DNA of 64,000 nucleotides from IMG/VR virus record IMGVR_UViG_3300024346_007254, positions 1-64,000 of that record, one strand, 5' to 3'. The notes under the pieces were generated by a model. That model saw only the letters and a list, made by a program, of their open reading frames with translations, searched no databases and was not told the DNA's origin. Below are positions 46,493 through 55,629 of the stretch, piece by piece. Origin of the DNA: a virus. A program made the position numbers and the translations under genes. Position 1 is the stretch's first letter, and every line of letters begins with the position of its first letter.

Positions 46493-47312
46493 CAATAATC
46501 CTGTTAAGTCCAAACTTATTCATAATATGTACGTTGCCACTGAATTTTACAGGAAAATGTTCAGAAGTATTTTCTTTTTCAATTAAGAATAAAAAATCTT
46601 CTTCGTCAATTTTTTCAACATGATCTCTATCAGTAATAAAATGTTTCTTGCCCGGCATTGGTTTAATTAGGCCGCCGTCTACGTGCCCGTTCATAATATG
46701 TGCAGCAATACTAAATGCAAAATCATTACGGAAAACTGCGGAGGTTATTTGATACACATTTCGATAATGTTGCCAGTGTTCCTGTATGTGTTTTACTAAG
46801 TCAAAAAAGCATTTGTTAGTATCACTCTTTTTAAAAAAGACACAAGTAGCCCAATAAAATGTCGGTCCGGTTTCACTTATAAATTTAAATTCATCAAGAT
46901 CACGCCATCTAGAAAAATCTGTAGCATCTTTATACATCATTAGTCCGTGTTCTTGCGAAAAGCATTCATTTAACAAATCATTAGAAACTATATAATCTGT
47001 GTCAAGCAACAGCGTTTCAGTGTACGGTGTTAGGTCGTATGCGTTAAAGCGACTAGTATTTTTAAATTCAAGACTCTTTCTAGCATATATACCATCGTTG
47101 TATTTCTTAAATGTGAAATCTTCATCACTAATTTTTAAGATCTTATCAAAAGGATGATTTGGATACTTTTTTGTAAGGTAGGTAGAATTGTCTGTAAGAA
47201 CACTAACCGGAATATCCATATACTTTTTGATTCTGCTTGCAGCAAAAACAGCTTGTTTAATATAATCAATTTGGCTGTTGTTTCTTGCAATTAAAAGGGC
47301 GCCCCTACTCAA
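46479..47312 (-). CDS. GT8-like glycosyltransferase
   Basis: YIKQAVFAA, TPYTETLLLDTDY (DxD), FRNDFAFSIA, VHIMNK. Confidence 0.7.
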   Translation of the reverse strand: MSRGALLIARNNSQIDYIKQAVFAASRIKKYMDIPVSVLTDNSTYLTKKYPNHPFDKILKISDEDFTFKKYNDGIYARKSLEFKNTSRFNAYDLTPYTETLLLDTDYIVSNDLLNECFSQEHGLMMYKDATDFSRWRDLDEFKFISETGPTFYWATCVFFKKSDTNKCFFDLVKHIQEHWQHYRNVYQITSAVFRNDFAFSIAAHIMNGHVDGGLIKPMPGKKHFITDRDHVEKIDEEDFLFLIEKENTSEHFPVKFSGNVHIMNKFGLNRIIDDLN

Positions 47313-47653
47313 CTAACGATACCTTCTACAGTTCGATTAACCTTTAGTTTATTGTATTCAGTGTAATACTTATTTGAAGCTTTATAATAATTGCTTACCA
47401 CATCTTGTGTAAACTTTTCAAGTTCTTCAACAAAAATAGGAATTGAGTTATCATCAACTAACACAGTTTCTGTCTGTTTAAGTTGTAGCAGAGATTGACA
47501 GAAACTAATAAGTCCTTGCGAAACTGTAAACTGGCCGCCATTATAGAAAAACAACAAGTCATTCTCGTATTGTTCTTTTAACACTCTTTTTTGCGACTCA
47601 AGTGTAATCATATAATTACTAAAGTCGAGCGCTGCTTTTAATCTGTCGTCCAT
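47309..47653 (-). CDS. Small helical hypothetical protein (possible tail-fibre assembly chaperone)
   Basis: AGGAG RBS, position immediately after the fibre genes. Function inferred from position only. Confidence 0.5.
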   Translation of the reverse strand: MDDRLKAALDFSNYMITLESQKRVLKEQYENDLLFFYNGGQFTVSQGLISFCQSLLQLKQTETVLVDDNSIPIFVEELEKFTQDVVSNYYKASNKYYTEYNKLKVNRTVEGIVS

Positions 47654-47673
47654 AAAAACTCCTGTTGTAATTT

Positions 47674-47702
47674 ATACTACAACATTATCCTCTTTTTGTC
47701 AA
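47674..47702 (-). promoter_or_regulatory. Sigma70-type promoter
   Basis: TTGACA (47702-47697), N17, TAGTAT (47679-47674), then AGGAG RBS and ATG 47653. Confidence 0.7.
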
Positions 47703-47707
47703 TTATT

Positions 47708-48706
47708 TTATGCTGGTGGCGAAGCGTTGTTTGCACTTAGATTAACCACTGTGGCTATTGTTGGTGCTGCTATGTCTACCGCAGTGTAAGTAACTGTGTC
47801 GTATACAAAACTACTATCCGGTCTAAACGTATTAACGTTGCTAGTTGTTGTGCCCGATACTTCCTCGTCGACCAGTGTGCCAGTGTCGAGGTCGCCAAAC
47901 GTTATCCTAAATCTCAAAACAGTATCACTTACAATGCGTCCCTCAATAGTGTATTCATTTGCTGAATATACCCCAGAGCCCGTCTTACTAAGAAATTCTT
48001 GATACGTTCCTGTTAAATCATCATATCCACTATTTACGGCAGGAGTACCGGAATCAGCAGTTAGTCTATATTTGTCAAGCTTAATTGTTCCCATACTACT
48101 GAGCATTGCAGCCCAATCAGCATCCTTAGATCCAGTTCCGCCTGTTAGTGCTGCTGAAAATCTTAATTCTCCGCCTGCTGCAAAATAAGCATCTCGTGCC
48201 GCAAGACTTGCAAATGTAAAAGTAACTACGTGATATATACTCGTTGGTTCGGTAGCTGTGCCAGTTCCCCAATTTGTTGCGCGGGTTCCTGCAACGTTTG
48301 TTCCTAGTGAAAAACTACTATCAGGCCAACCTGTTGTGCTACCGTCAAAGTTACTAACATCAATAATTACAAGTTCGTAATCATTTAAACTTTGTTCAGT
48401 TCCATCAACTGGTGTAGCTTTTGCGCCAGTTGTTTGGTTATATGTCTGGGATGTATTTGCGCCAACTGTTTGTCCTGTAGGCGGGACAGCTATAAGAACA
48501 GATGCAAGGCCACGCTGATGTACATGTACGCTTTGCGCATCAAGGTAAAGTTGTAACATTTGCGCCGAAGTTACACGATTGACTCCGCTACTAACTGTAG
48601 TAGAACGCATAGTCTGGCCGTATTGTGTAAAATAAATCGCAGAAAGAGTAGATCTAAAACTATTATATTCAGATGCTAATATCGATGTACCCGAACTTAC
48701 TGCCAT
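47708..48706 (-). CDS. Virion structural protein (tail-associated), Ser/Thr-rich
   Basis: Paralogue of 48741-49625 (TFASLAARDAYFAAGGELRF), AAGGAG RBS, late motif upstream. Confidence 0.65.
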   Translation of the reverse strand: MAVSSGTSILASEYNSFRSTLSAIYFTQYGQTMRSTTVSSGVNRVTSAQMLQLYLDAQSVHVHQRGLASVLIAVPPTGQTVGANTSQTYNQTTGAKATPVDGTEQSLNDYELVIIDVSNFDGSTTGWPDSSFSLGTNVAGTRATNWGTGTATEPTSIYHVVTFTFASLAARDAYFAAGGELRFSAALTGGTGSKDADWAAMLSSMGTIKLDKYRLTADSGTPAVNSGYDDLTGTYQEFLSKTGSGVYSANEYTIEGRIVSDTVLRFRITFGDLDTGTLVDEEVSGTTTSNVNTFRPDSSFVYDTVTYTAVDIAAPTIATVVNLSANNASPPA

Positions 48707-48727
48707 AAAAAGACTCCTTCAACAATG

Positions 48728-48735
48728 TATTTATT
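48728..48735 (-). promoter_or_regulatory. T4-late-like promoter motif
   Basis: AATAAATA in the short intergenic gap. Confidence 0.6.
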
Positions 48736-48740
48736 GCCAA

Positions 48741-49625
48741 TTAAGCCAATGTGATAGTAGTCTGATATAACGGTGCTGGAAGAGTTACATAAAATCCTGT
48801 TGCACGCTGCTCAGAAATAATACTTCTAACAGTACCAGTTACGCTTTCGTCAACAAATCCGTTTTCGCCGTCATTGAATGTAATTTTAAAAGTTATTACA
48901 GGTGAATTAGCTGCGGCAAGTGCTTCGATTATGTAAGTACTATCTGAATAAGTTCCTGATCCGCTTTTACTAAAAATTGTCTGGAAACTACTAGTTAATT
49001 CAAAGTTACCGATTGTAGAACCATTGCCAGTACCTGTTACTGTTGTTTGACTATAATCAAAAACAACAGTTCCAATAGAACTAAGTAACCCTGCCCAATC
49101 TGTAGATTTGGCATTTGTACCGTTAATAAGCGATGCTGCAAAACGTATTTGGCCACCACTATTGAAAAAATGACGGCGGGCATCAAAATTAGAAAAAGTT
49201 ACAGTAAATTCATGTGTTATAAATTGTGACGGATCGCCTGATCCTCCCCAGCTAGCTGTTCTGCTAGAATCAAGTACTTGAGAGGTAGTAATTTCGCCGA
49301 TGTCAATTCTAAATCTATTATTGGCGTCGCCAACCTCTTGTATTATACTTTCGTATTCAGCATAAACTGCGTCAGTGATGTCATCTTGTGTAACTACTGA
49401 AGTTAACGACGGCGGCACCATTCCTGTCTGGTGTGCATAACATTTAGTAACATCACCTTGCAGTCTTTGCATATGAGTAGCATTGACTCTGTTGCCCGAT
49501 GCAAGCGCAATGCTTTGGACAGATTGCCCATAACCAAAAGTGGTATCTCCATTTCCTAGCGTTCTAACAATTGCACTTTGAAGTGTATTGTATCTTGCTA
49601 CTGAGATTATATCGCCTACTGCCAT
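48741..49625 (-). CDS. Virion structural protein (tail-associated), Ser/Thr-rich
   Basis: FGYGQ, HEFTVTFSNFDARRHFFNSGGQIRF, location in the tail module. Confidence 0.65.
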   Translation of the reverse strand: MAVGDIISVARYNTLQSAIVRTLGNGDTTFGYGQSVQSIALASGNRVNATHMQRLQGDVTKCYAHQTGMVPPSLTSVVTQDDITDAVYAEYESIIQEVGDANNRFRIDIGEITTSQVLDSSRTASWGGSGDPSQFITHEFTVTFSNFDARRHFFNSGGQIRFAASLINGTNAKSTDWAGLLSSIGTVVFDYSQTTVTGTGNGSTIGNFELTSSFQTIFSKSGSGTYSDSTYIIEALAAANSPVITFKITFNDGENGFVDESVTGTVRSIISEQRATGFYVTLPAPLYQTTITLA

Positions 49626-49651
49626 CTATTCATCCTAAAAACTGCTAGTAT

Positions 49652-49659
49652 TATTTATA
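49652..49659 (-). promoter_or_regulatory. T4-late consensus promoter motif overlapping the upstream stop codon
   Basis: TATAAATA on the minus strand. Confidence 0.6.
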
Positions 49660-51106
49660 CTTTCAGTACACACTCGACTAACTTTTCACCATCGTCACTG
49701 TTTGATTCGAGAGCAATTCCAACTAATGCAGTAGTTGTTATAGTAGTACATACCCCAGCATCCATTGCATATACAGCTTGTCCTTTTTTAACTGGACCTT
49801 TTACTCTTACTGGTAAACGGCCCTTAAGACCAATGTACTGGCCTTCAGCTTCGCTATTCATCATGTATGCCGGATCAGTTGACACTACTCCAATGCAATG
49901 GCTGCTTGCCGTTGCTGGGCACACTTCATGTCCGTCACAAGCACAAACTGCTACGGCTGTTCCTGCTGGAAGCTCTTCTTTTGTAGTATACTTCTCTGCA
50001 AGGTCTGCATAACGCGCTGTTGTAGCTGTACCTTGGAAAAGGACTGCTGTGAGGTTACCGCTTGTGTCTCTTGCAGCTATAGTGTTCGCTGCGGCCGCTG
50101 TTGACGCCGAACGATATGTTCCGCTAACTGATAGAGTGTTTGCTTGGGTTGCTGTACCGGTAAATGTAGTAGCGTGTACGTTACTCCATTTACGTGCAGC
50201 GGAACCTAATGCATATGTGTTATCGCTTCCTGGATAAATTCCAGTATTTTCAATAGTTGTTGTAAGAATATTGCTCGAATTGTAAATTCTAAAATTGTCT
50301 CTTACTAATGTTATCATAGGAGTTGAATTATCTGCATCAATTTTTACAATTAAATCTTGTTCATTACCGAGTGTAAACCCAGCATCGCCAAATGTTACAA
50401 TGCCTGTAAAGTCAGCATCGTTAGTAGTTAAAAATTCACTTGCTGGGATGCCGTCTAGTGTAATAGCATTACTTGCTGTACCCCAAAATCTATGGTCCGA
50501 AGATGTAACACCGTTTGTAGACGAAGTAGTATTTACAAGAGTCACACCTTGCTTAACTTCATCAAAACCAGTAATTGCCGATCCCGAAGCAATAGTAAAC
50601 TCAGTAGAACTAATCAAGAAGATAATTTCATCTTCGATAGTACCGGCAATAACAGCGTTTGTGCCACTATTTGTATCAGTTAGGGTTAATGATTGCATCT
50701 GAGTAACACCAGTACCTGCACCCTGAGGACCAACTAGGATCCATTCGTTTGATGCATTTCTTGCATAAAGTTGGTTTGCTGTGTTGTTCCACCAAAGTTC
50801 ACCTTCGACAAGACCTGTTGGTTGGGTAGAACTTACTTCAGCACTACTAGTAGTTTTCCATCTAGTTCCGTCAAAAACTTTAATTTTTGAACTGTTGCTG
50901 TCATACCATATCATTCCACTAATTGGTCTAGTAGGTGCGTTTGCTCCTGCAAAATTCTCTAGCAAAAACAGAAAGTTTTCGTTTTGTGCTTCGCCGTAAC
51001 CGGCAAAGTTTTTACCAATGAATTTCACCTCGGTAACTTGGTCTACAGTTCCATCTTCAACCGTAGTTAAAACTGTACCATTGTATCTATTAATAATGTA
51101 AGCCAT
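49655..51106 (-). CDS. Tail fibre protein with C-terminal intramolecular chaperone/autoproteolytic domain
   Basis: Shared N-terminal GKNFAGYGE..NENF..LLENFA domain, C-terminal YADLAEKY..GVVST.PAY.MN..GLKGRLPVRV. Confidence 0.8.
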   Translation of the reverse strand: MAYIINRYNGTVLTTVEDGTVDQVTEVKFIGKNFAGYGEAQNENFLFLLENFAGANAPTRPISGMIWYDSNSSKIKVFDGTRWKTTSSAEVSSTQPTGLVEGELWWNNTANQLYARNASNEWILVGPQGAGTGVTQMQSLTLTDTNSGTNAVIAGTIEDEIIFLISSTEFTIASGSAITGFDEVKQGVTLVNTTSSTNGVTSSDHRFWGTASNAITLDGIPASEFLTTNDADFTGIVTFGDAGFTLGNEQDLIVKIDADNSTPMITLVRDNFRIYNSSNILTTTIENTGIYPGSDNTYALGSAARKWSNVHATTFTGTATQANTLSVSGTYRSASTAAAANTIAARDTSGNLTAVLFQGTATTARYADLAEKYTTKEELPAGTAVAVCACDGHEVCPATASSHCIGVVSTDPAYMMNSEAEGQYIGLKGRLPVRVKGPVKKGQAVYAMDAGVCTTITTTALVGIALESNSDDGEKLVECVLKV

Positions 51107-51135
51107 TTATGGATTAACCCCTCTGCAATTAATAG

Positions 51136-51143
51136 TATTTATC
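51136..51143 (-). promoter_or_regulatory. T4-late-like promoter motif
   Basis: GATAAATA in the intergenic gap, upstream of a GAGGGG RBS. Confidence 0.6.
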
Positions 51144-51145
51144 GG

Positions 51146-52951
51146 TTAAACGCTAGAAACTAAGTTTGACTCAAACGCCCACTGATTAGAACCATTAACA
51201 ATAAATCTTTTTAATGAACGTGTAACAGACATTGTAACTGTTTCAATTGTATCCGAAAACCCAATGTCTTCAAGGACTGATTGGTTTTCACTACCGTTTT
51301 TATCAACTGAAACAAATGACTTTGCAAGTCCATCGGTGCTGTTATAAGTAATCTGTCCACTGTACTCTGTACAATGCACTCTAGCGTACACACCTGTGTT
51401 TTTAGTTATCGCAGGTACTAAGTCATCGAGAACTGATGCAATTTGTACATCTGAAAGTCCTGTTGTATCCAATGATAGGAAAATATCTTCGTCGAGACTT
51501 TTTTGATCAACATATTCCTTTGTTGCTACGTGGCTTGGATCATCACTAACGTCCGGCGTACCTACACCAATAATTTTACGAGAATCGGTAACTTGTATAT
51601 CTGCCGAACTAGTAATAACTAATTGAGTCGTTGTTGTAATAGTTGAACCGTTTAGATTAATATTATCAACATCAAGGTTTGTTAGTGTACCAATAGTTGT
51701 TAATCCAGCGGCTGTTGTAACTGTTGAACTAAGGGTAGTTGCTGACAATAAGTTTGCGCCATTAATCTTGTACCACGTGCCATCGATATCAAAATTAGAT
51801 GTGCTAGTCCAGGAATCGGTTGCCAGCGACCATGTAAGACTTTTGTCATTACCAGTTGCTTTTACAGTAATGCCGGCGCCGTCAAGATCTCCATCAGTTA
51901 ACAATGTACTATCTGATGAAAATGCAAGTTCGATATTTTTATCTTCAACTCTCAAAGTAGCTACGTCAACATACGTTGCATCGCCTTCAACTCTTAAATC
52001 ACCTGTAACTCTTAAATCACCTGTAACGTCAAGAGTGTATGCAGGAGAGCTTTGAAAAATACCAACACGGTTTGTGCTATTGTCAACAGTTAGATAATCA
52101 ACATAAGTTGGAATACTTGTAGTTCCTTTGTTAATTTGGAATTTTATATCTGAGCTACCTGTTTGGTTTCTTAGTACTACTGTACTGCCATCAATTCTAG
52201 CGTTAAAATCAAAATTGTCGCCAATAATTACACCACGGTCGTCTTTAACATGCAAGAATCCTTCAGAGGTATTGCCGCCGCCGGCAGGATTAGTTCTTAA
52301 AAATTCAGTAGAACTAAATCCACCTAGCTGATTGGCTGATTGTGCAGTACCGCGATATACAAAGTCAGTGTAAACATCACTAATGTTAATACCTTGTTCA
52401 AGTGTACTTCCAAAATCTTGGATGCCGGATGCAAGTGTAAATGATTCTCTGCTTATAATTGCCACAGCTTGTGCGCCGATCATTATTCTTGCAATTACTT
52501 TTGGATTACCAAATTGATCTAATACCGTTTGAATATCAAATCCAGATAGGCCCTGGCTTGCTGTATATGCTGGGCCTGCAAGGAAAATATCTTCTCCATC
52601 GGTAAACTTTAATTGTTTGTTTGCTGTATCAATCCAAAGTTCGCCTTCAACAAGACTTGGAGGTGTTCCTGACGAAACAATAGTTGCGTTAGTTGATTTA
52701 AAAGTCTCGCCGTCAAAGATTTTCAATCTTGCTTCAGATGTATCATACCATAGTTGTCCTCTGATAGGATTGCCCGGGGCAGAGGAGTTAGCAAAATTTT
52801 CAAGTACCTTTACAAAGTTTTCATTAAATGCTTCTCCGTAACCTGTAAAATTTCGACCGATAAGAGTTAAGTCAGTAGTATCTACGTCAATCCTACCGTC
52901 AATTAAGTCTACTAGTAAAGTTCCATCTGTTGTATTAATTTTATAACTCAT
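51146..52951 (-). CDS. Tail fibre / baseplate-associated fibre protein
   Basis: Shared N-terminal domain, fibre motifs NRVGIFQSSPAYTLDVTG, VEDKNIEL, VATKEYVD. Confidence 0.75.
   Translation of the reverse strand: MSYKINTTDGTLLVDLIDGRIDVDTTDLTLIGRNFTGYGEAFNENFVKVLENFANSSAPGNPIRGQLWYDTSEARLKIFDGETFKSTNATIVSSGTPPSLVEGELWIDTANKQLKFTDGEDIFLAGPAYTASQGLSGFDIQTVLDQFGNPKVIARIMIGAQAVAIISRESFTLASGIQDFGSTLEQGINISDVYTDFVYRGTAQSANQLGGFSSTEFLRTNPAGGGNTSEGFLHVKDDRGVIIGDNFDFNARIDGSTVVLRNQTGSSDIKFQINKGTTSIPTYVDYLTVDNSTNRVGIFQSSPAYTLDVTGDLRVTGDLRVEGDATYVDVATLRVEDKNIELAFSSDSTLLTDGDLDGAGITVKATGNDKSLTWSLATDSWTSTSNFDIDGTWYKINGANLLSATTLSSTVTTAAGLTTIGTLTNLDVDNINLNGSTITTTTQLVITSSADIQVTDSRKIIGVGTPDVSDDPSHVATKEYVDQKSLDEDIFLSLDTTGLSDVQIASVLDDLVPAITKNTGVYARVHCTEYSGQITYNSTDGLAKSFVSVDKNGSENQSVLEDIGFSDTIETVTMSVTRSLKRFIVNGSNQWAFESNLVSSV
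51989..52024. repeat. Perfect 18-bp in-frame tandem duplication
   Basis: AACTCTTAAATCACCTGT x2, encoding VTGDLR-VTGDLR. Confidence 0.8.
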
Positions 52952-54990
52952 TAAAAGACTCCGGTATAGATAATAAAGCTAACAGTTGCAAACGGTGGTG
53001 TATGCGATATTGGCTCTTGAGTGGCAAAATCTTGTATGCCTTCGGTTCTTGTTATGCCAGAACCAGTTGACCCATCGTTTGTGTACGGCACTGCTGTTGA
53101 TGCTGTATCTGTTGTACCTGCTGTTGTAGTTGTAGCATAAAACTGTGTTCCTGCATCGCCTTGTAAACTGTGATAGTGTTCCGGCAGTTGTTCTTCTAGT
53201 AGAAGTTCACTTTCCTTGCCGCCATAATTACCAATTGTTTGTGCTGCACCATCAAGAAGAACTCTATTTCCAGTAGTTGCACCTGCTAAGTGTCCTAGTA
53301 GTGTTCTACCTCTTAAATCGGGCACCAAGAATGTTAATGATGGTGTTGCTGTTACACCAAAACTCGATCCAATTACATTATACAAATCTTCGTACGCTGA
53401 AATATTCCATTCAGTTCCAGTACAAAGTATCCAACCTGCAGGGGCTGCTGAGCCGCCGAACGGTAGAATAGTTCCAACTGGAGTAAGCGGGCCTTGGGCT
53501 GCGTTAGGAATAACACTTAACAAGTTTTCTTGTTGTATTTTTCTTAAACCAATTCCGTCTCTGTTAATTAGAATTTCGTCAGTATTCAATACATTAGTAA
53601 TTTCATCTTTTGATCCTACAAAAGAATCGTCTAATGTTGTTGTAAATGTTTTTGTTAGTCCGCCTGCGCTACCATCAAATTGAAAACTTGGAGAAGTAAC
53701 ATCTCCGGTCATTTGGAATGTTGTAGGACTAGTAATCTTACCAGCACTTGATGCAGATCCAGTAATGTTGCCCGAAAGATCACCTGTAAATGCTCCAGTG
53801 AATCTGTTAGCAAACACATTATTAAATCTTGTTCCAGTAGTACCGATGTTGGTTGTTCCGCTAGATACCGGCAATACGTTTCCAACTGTTGTTTGCCCAC
53901 TCACTTCAAGTGTGCCTCCGATTGTTGTTGCGCCAGCAACTTCCAATGTGCTTAAAGTTTTAATAAATCCGGATGCAGTAATAGAACCTACTGCGCCGCC
54001 ATGGGCTGCTACTGAAATATTTCCTTGAACATCAAGAGCCTGTGTAGGAATTCTACTAGCATTACCAATTGCAATGTTTGTGTTATTATAAATTCTTAAT
54101 GCTGTTGTCGAAACTCCAACATTGTTAACTCTAACATCAATGCCGCCATCTGATGCACTATTTCTTACCTCTGAAAAACTTCCTGATGACGAAAGTGTTA
54201 ATCTTGACGATTCGCCAATACTAATACCAGTATTACTTAAAATTCTTATTGATTGCTGGAAGGTGTTTGCTTGACTTAGTCTTGCAAAATCTGTTGCAGG
54301 CACATCTGAGCCATTAAGAATTAAATTTTCAGCTGACTGCGAAACTCCATAGAATTTTCCTACTGCCGATCCACCGTATGTTGCATCTGTAAGAGAACTG
54401 CTTACGTTAATACCCGGACGTATTTTTGAAAATCCAGAAATTCCTATCTTAGGTGTAAATTCTGCCTTGGAAATGATTGAAATAATTTGCCCGTTAACAT
54501 AGTTAACTAACACCTTTCGGGTTTGGTTGGCTGTATCTACATATTCTTCTACTCGTTGCCCGCTAATGCCACCGTTGTCGTCAGTTGCAGTTTCTGGACC
54601 AACTAATATCCAGCCCGATCCACTATAAAGAAAAAGCTGTTGTGTTGAGGTATTTGACCATAGGTCGCCAAGAGTACTTGCCGATACGTCAGGTTCTACT
54701 GAAGCTTTCTTTAATCCGCTTGCACTAACCCATTGTGTACCGTCATACAATTTTAACTGTGTAGCATTGTCAGTGTTGTCATACCAAAGCTGTCCTTCGA
54801 TAGGATTCTCCGGTGAGGTATTGTCTGCAAAATTTTCTAACAGATTTAAAAAGTTTTCATTAACTGGTTTACCATAACTTGTAACGTTTCGACCAACAAG
54901 CGTTAAACTAGTTTCGTTGTTATTCGAATCGTCATCAACAGTTATTGAGCCTTTGTTAACAAAATCTGTAAAATTTATCTGTGTGCTCAT
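52951..54990 (-). CDS. Tail fibre protein with phage tail-collar domain (short-fibre-like)
   Basis: PVGTILPFGGSAAPAGWILC.G..YEDLYNVIG..FLVPDLRGR, terminal PPFATVSFII, shared N-terminal domain. Confidence 0.85.
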   Translation of the reverse strand: MSTQINFTDFVNKGSITVDDDSNNNETSLTLVGRNVTSYGKPVNENFLNLLENFADNTSPENPIEGQLWYDNTDNATQLKLYDGTQWVSASGLKKASVEPDVSASTLGDLWSNTSTQQLFLYSGSGWILVGPETATDDNGGISGQRVEEYVDTANQTRKVLVNYVNGQIISIISKAEFTPKIGISGFSKIRPGINVSSSLTDATYGGSAVGKFYGVSQSAENLILNGSDVPATDFARLSQANTFQQSIRILSNTGISIGESSRLTLSSSGSFSEVRNSASDGGIDVRVNNVGVSTTALRIYNNTNIAIGNASRIPTQALDVQGNISVAAHGGAVGSITASGFIKTLSTLEVAGATTIGGTLEVSGQTTVGNVLPVSSGTTNIGTTGTRFNNVFANRFTGAFTGDLSGNITGSASSAGKITSPTTFQMTGDVTSPSFQFDGSAGGLTKTFTTTLDDSFVGSKDEITNVLNTDEILINRDGIGLRKIQQENLLSVIPNAAQGPLTPVGTILPFGGSAAPAGWILCTGTEWNISAYEDLYNVIGSSFGVTATPSLTFLVPDLRGRTLLGHLAGATTGNRVLLDGAAQTIGNYGGKESELLLEEQLPEHYHSLQGDAGTQFYATTTTAGTTDTASTAVPYTNDGSTGSGITRTEGIQDFATQEPISHTPPFATVSFIIYTGVF

Positions 54991-54992
54991 TA

Positions 54993-55613
54993 TTATCCCT
55001 CGCTCAACCCGCTAAGGCTTTGTACTCTAACAGTATAGTCAATTTGAATTAGTCTGTTCAAACTTTTCTGTACAGGATGGAAAATAACATGAGTTAAAAG
55101 CCTTCCTGTGCCTGTTGAACTAAACCCTCGTAGTCCTAATTCATCAAAAACATAAATTTGATCTGTGTTTGTTGCTGTATCAAATGCGTCTTGGCCGTTA
55201 GGCTCGCCGTAGTCTAACAAACAACTAACTAAAATATCAGTATAATTGGTTCCTGAAACATGTCTAATTTCAGTTTTATTTCTAGTAGGATCTAAGTTGT
55301 TAACACTTCTATCGTCAATAACTTTTGAATAAGTTTCGTTGTACAAGCTAGCATTTGTGCCAACTGTATTCGGAGTCAAATATGTAATGATGCCTGTTGG
55401 ATCTACACTCGTGCCGCCGTTGCCGAAGCTTAATTCATATACAAATCCTTGACCAGAATTGGCCAAGCTTTCTGCTAATGATAAACTCATGTTTTCATAA
55501 TGAATAGCATTACGCTTGTTAATAAAAGTTTCTCCCGAAGAAGGATCAAATATTTTAATATGACCTTCTACATGTAAACCACTGTAATCTTTTAAATCTG
55601 TCATTCCTACCAC
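54993..55613 (-). CDS. Virion structural protein (baseplate/tail associated)
   Basis: Lies between the wedge-like and fibre genes. FDELGL..LLTHVIFHPVQKSLNR motif. Start may be ATG 55604. Confidence 0.65.
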   Translation of the reverse strand: MVGMTDLKDYSGLHVEGHIKIFDPSSGETFINKRNAIHYENMSLSLAESLANSGQGFVYELSFGNGGTSVDPTGIITYLTPNTVGTNASLYNETYSKVIDDRSVNNLDPTRNKTEIRHVSGTNYTDILVSCLLDYGEPNGQDAFDTATNTDQIYVFDELGLRGFSSTGTGRLLTHVIFHPVQKSLNRLIQIDYTVRVQSLSGLSEG

Positions 55614-55621
55614 CTATACTG

Positions 55622-55629
55622 TATTTATT
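55622..55629 (-). promoter_or_regulatory. T4-late-like promoter motif overlapping the upstream stop codon
   Basis: AATAAATA on the minus strand. Confidence 0.55.

Noticed and set aside
1-47653. Bacterial chromosomal O-antigen or capsule locus
   Set aside because: No flippase, polymerase, transporter or other membrane proteins are evident, and the region is contiguous with phage tail genes and shares their promoter motif
51989-52024. 18-bp tandem repeat as a phase-variation or diversity-generating element
   Set aside because: Only two in-frame copies that match the natural 6-aa fibre repeat, and no reverse transcriptase or invertase is nearby
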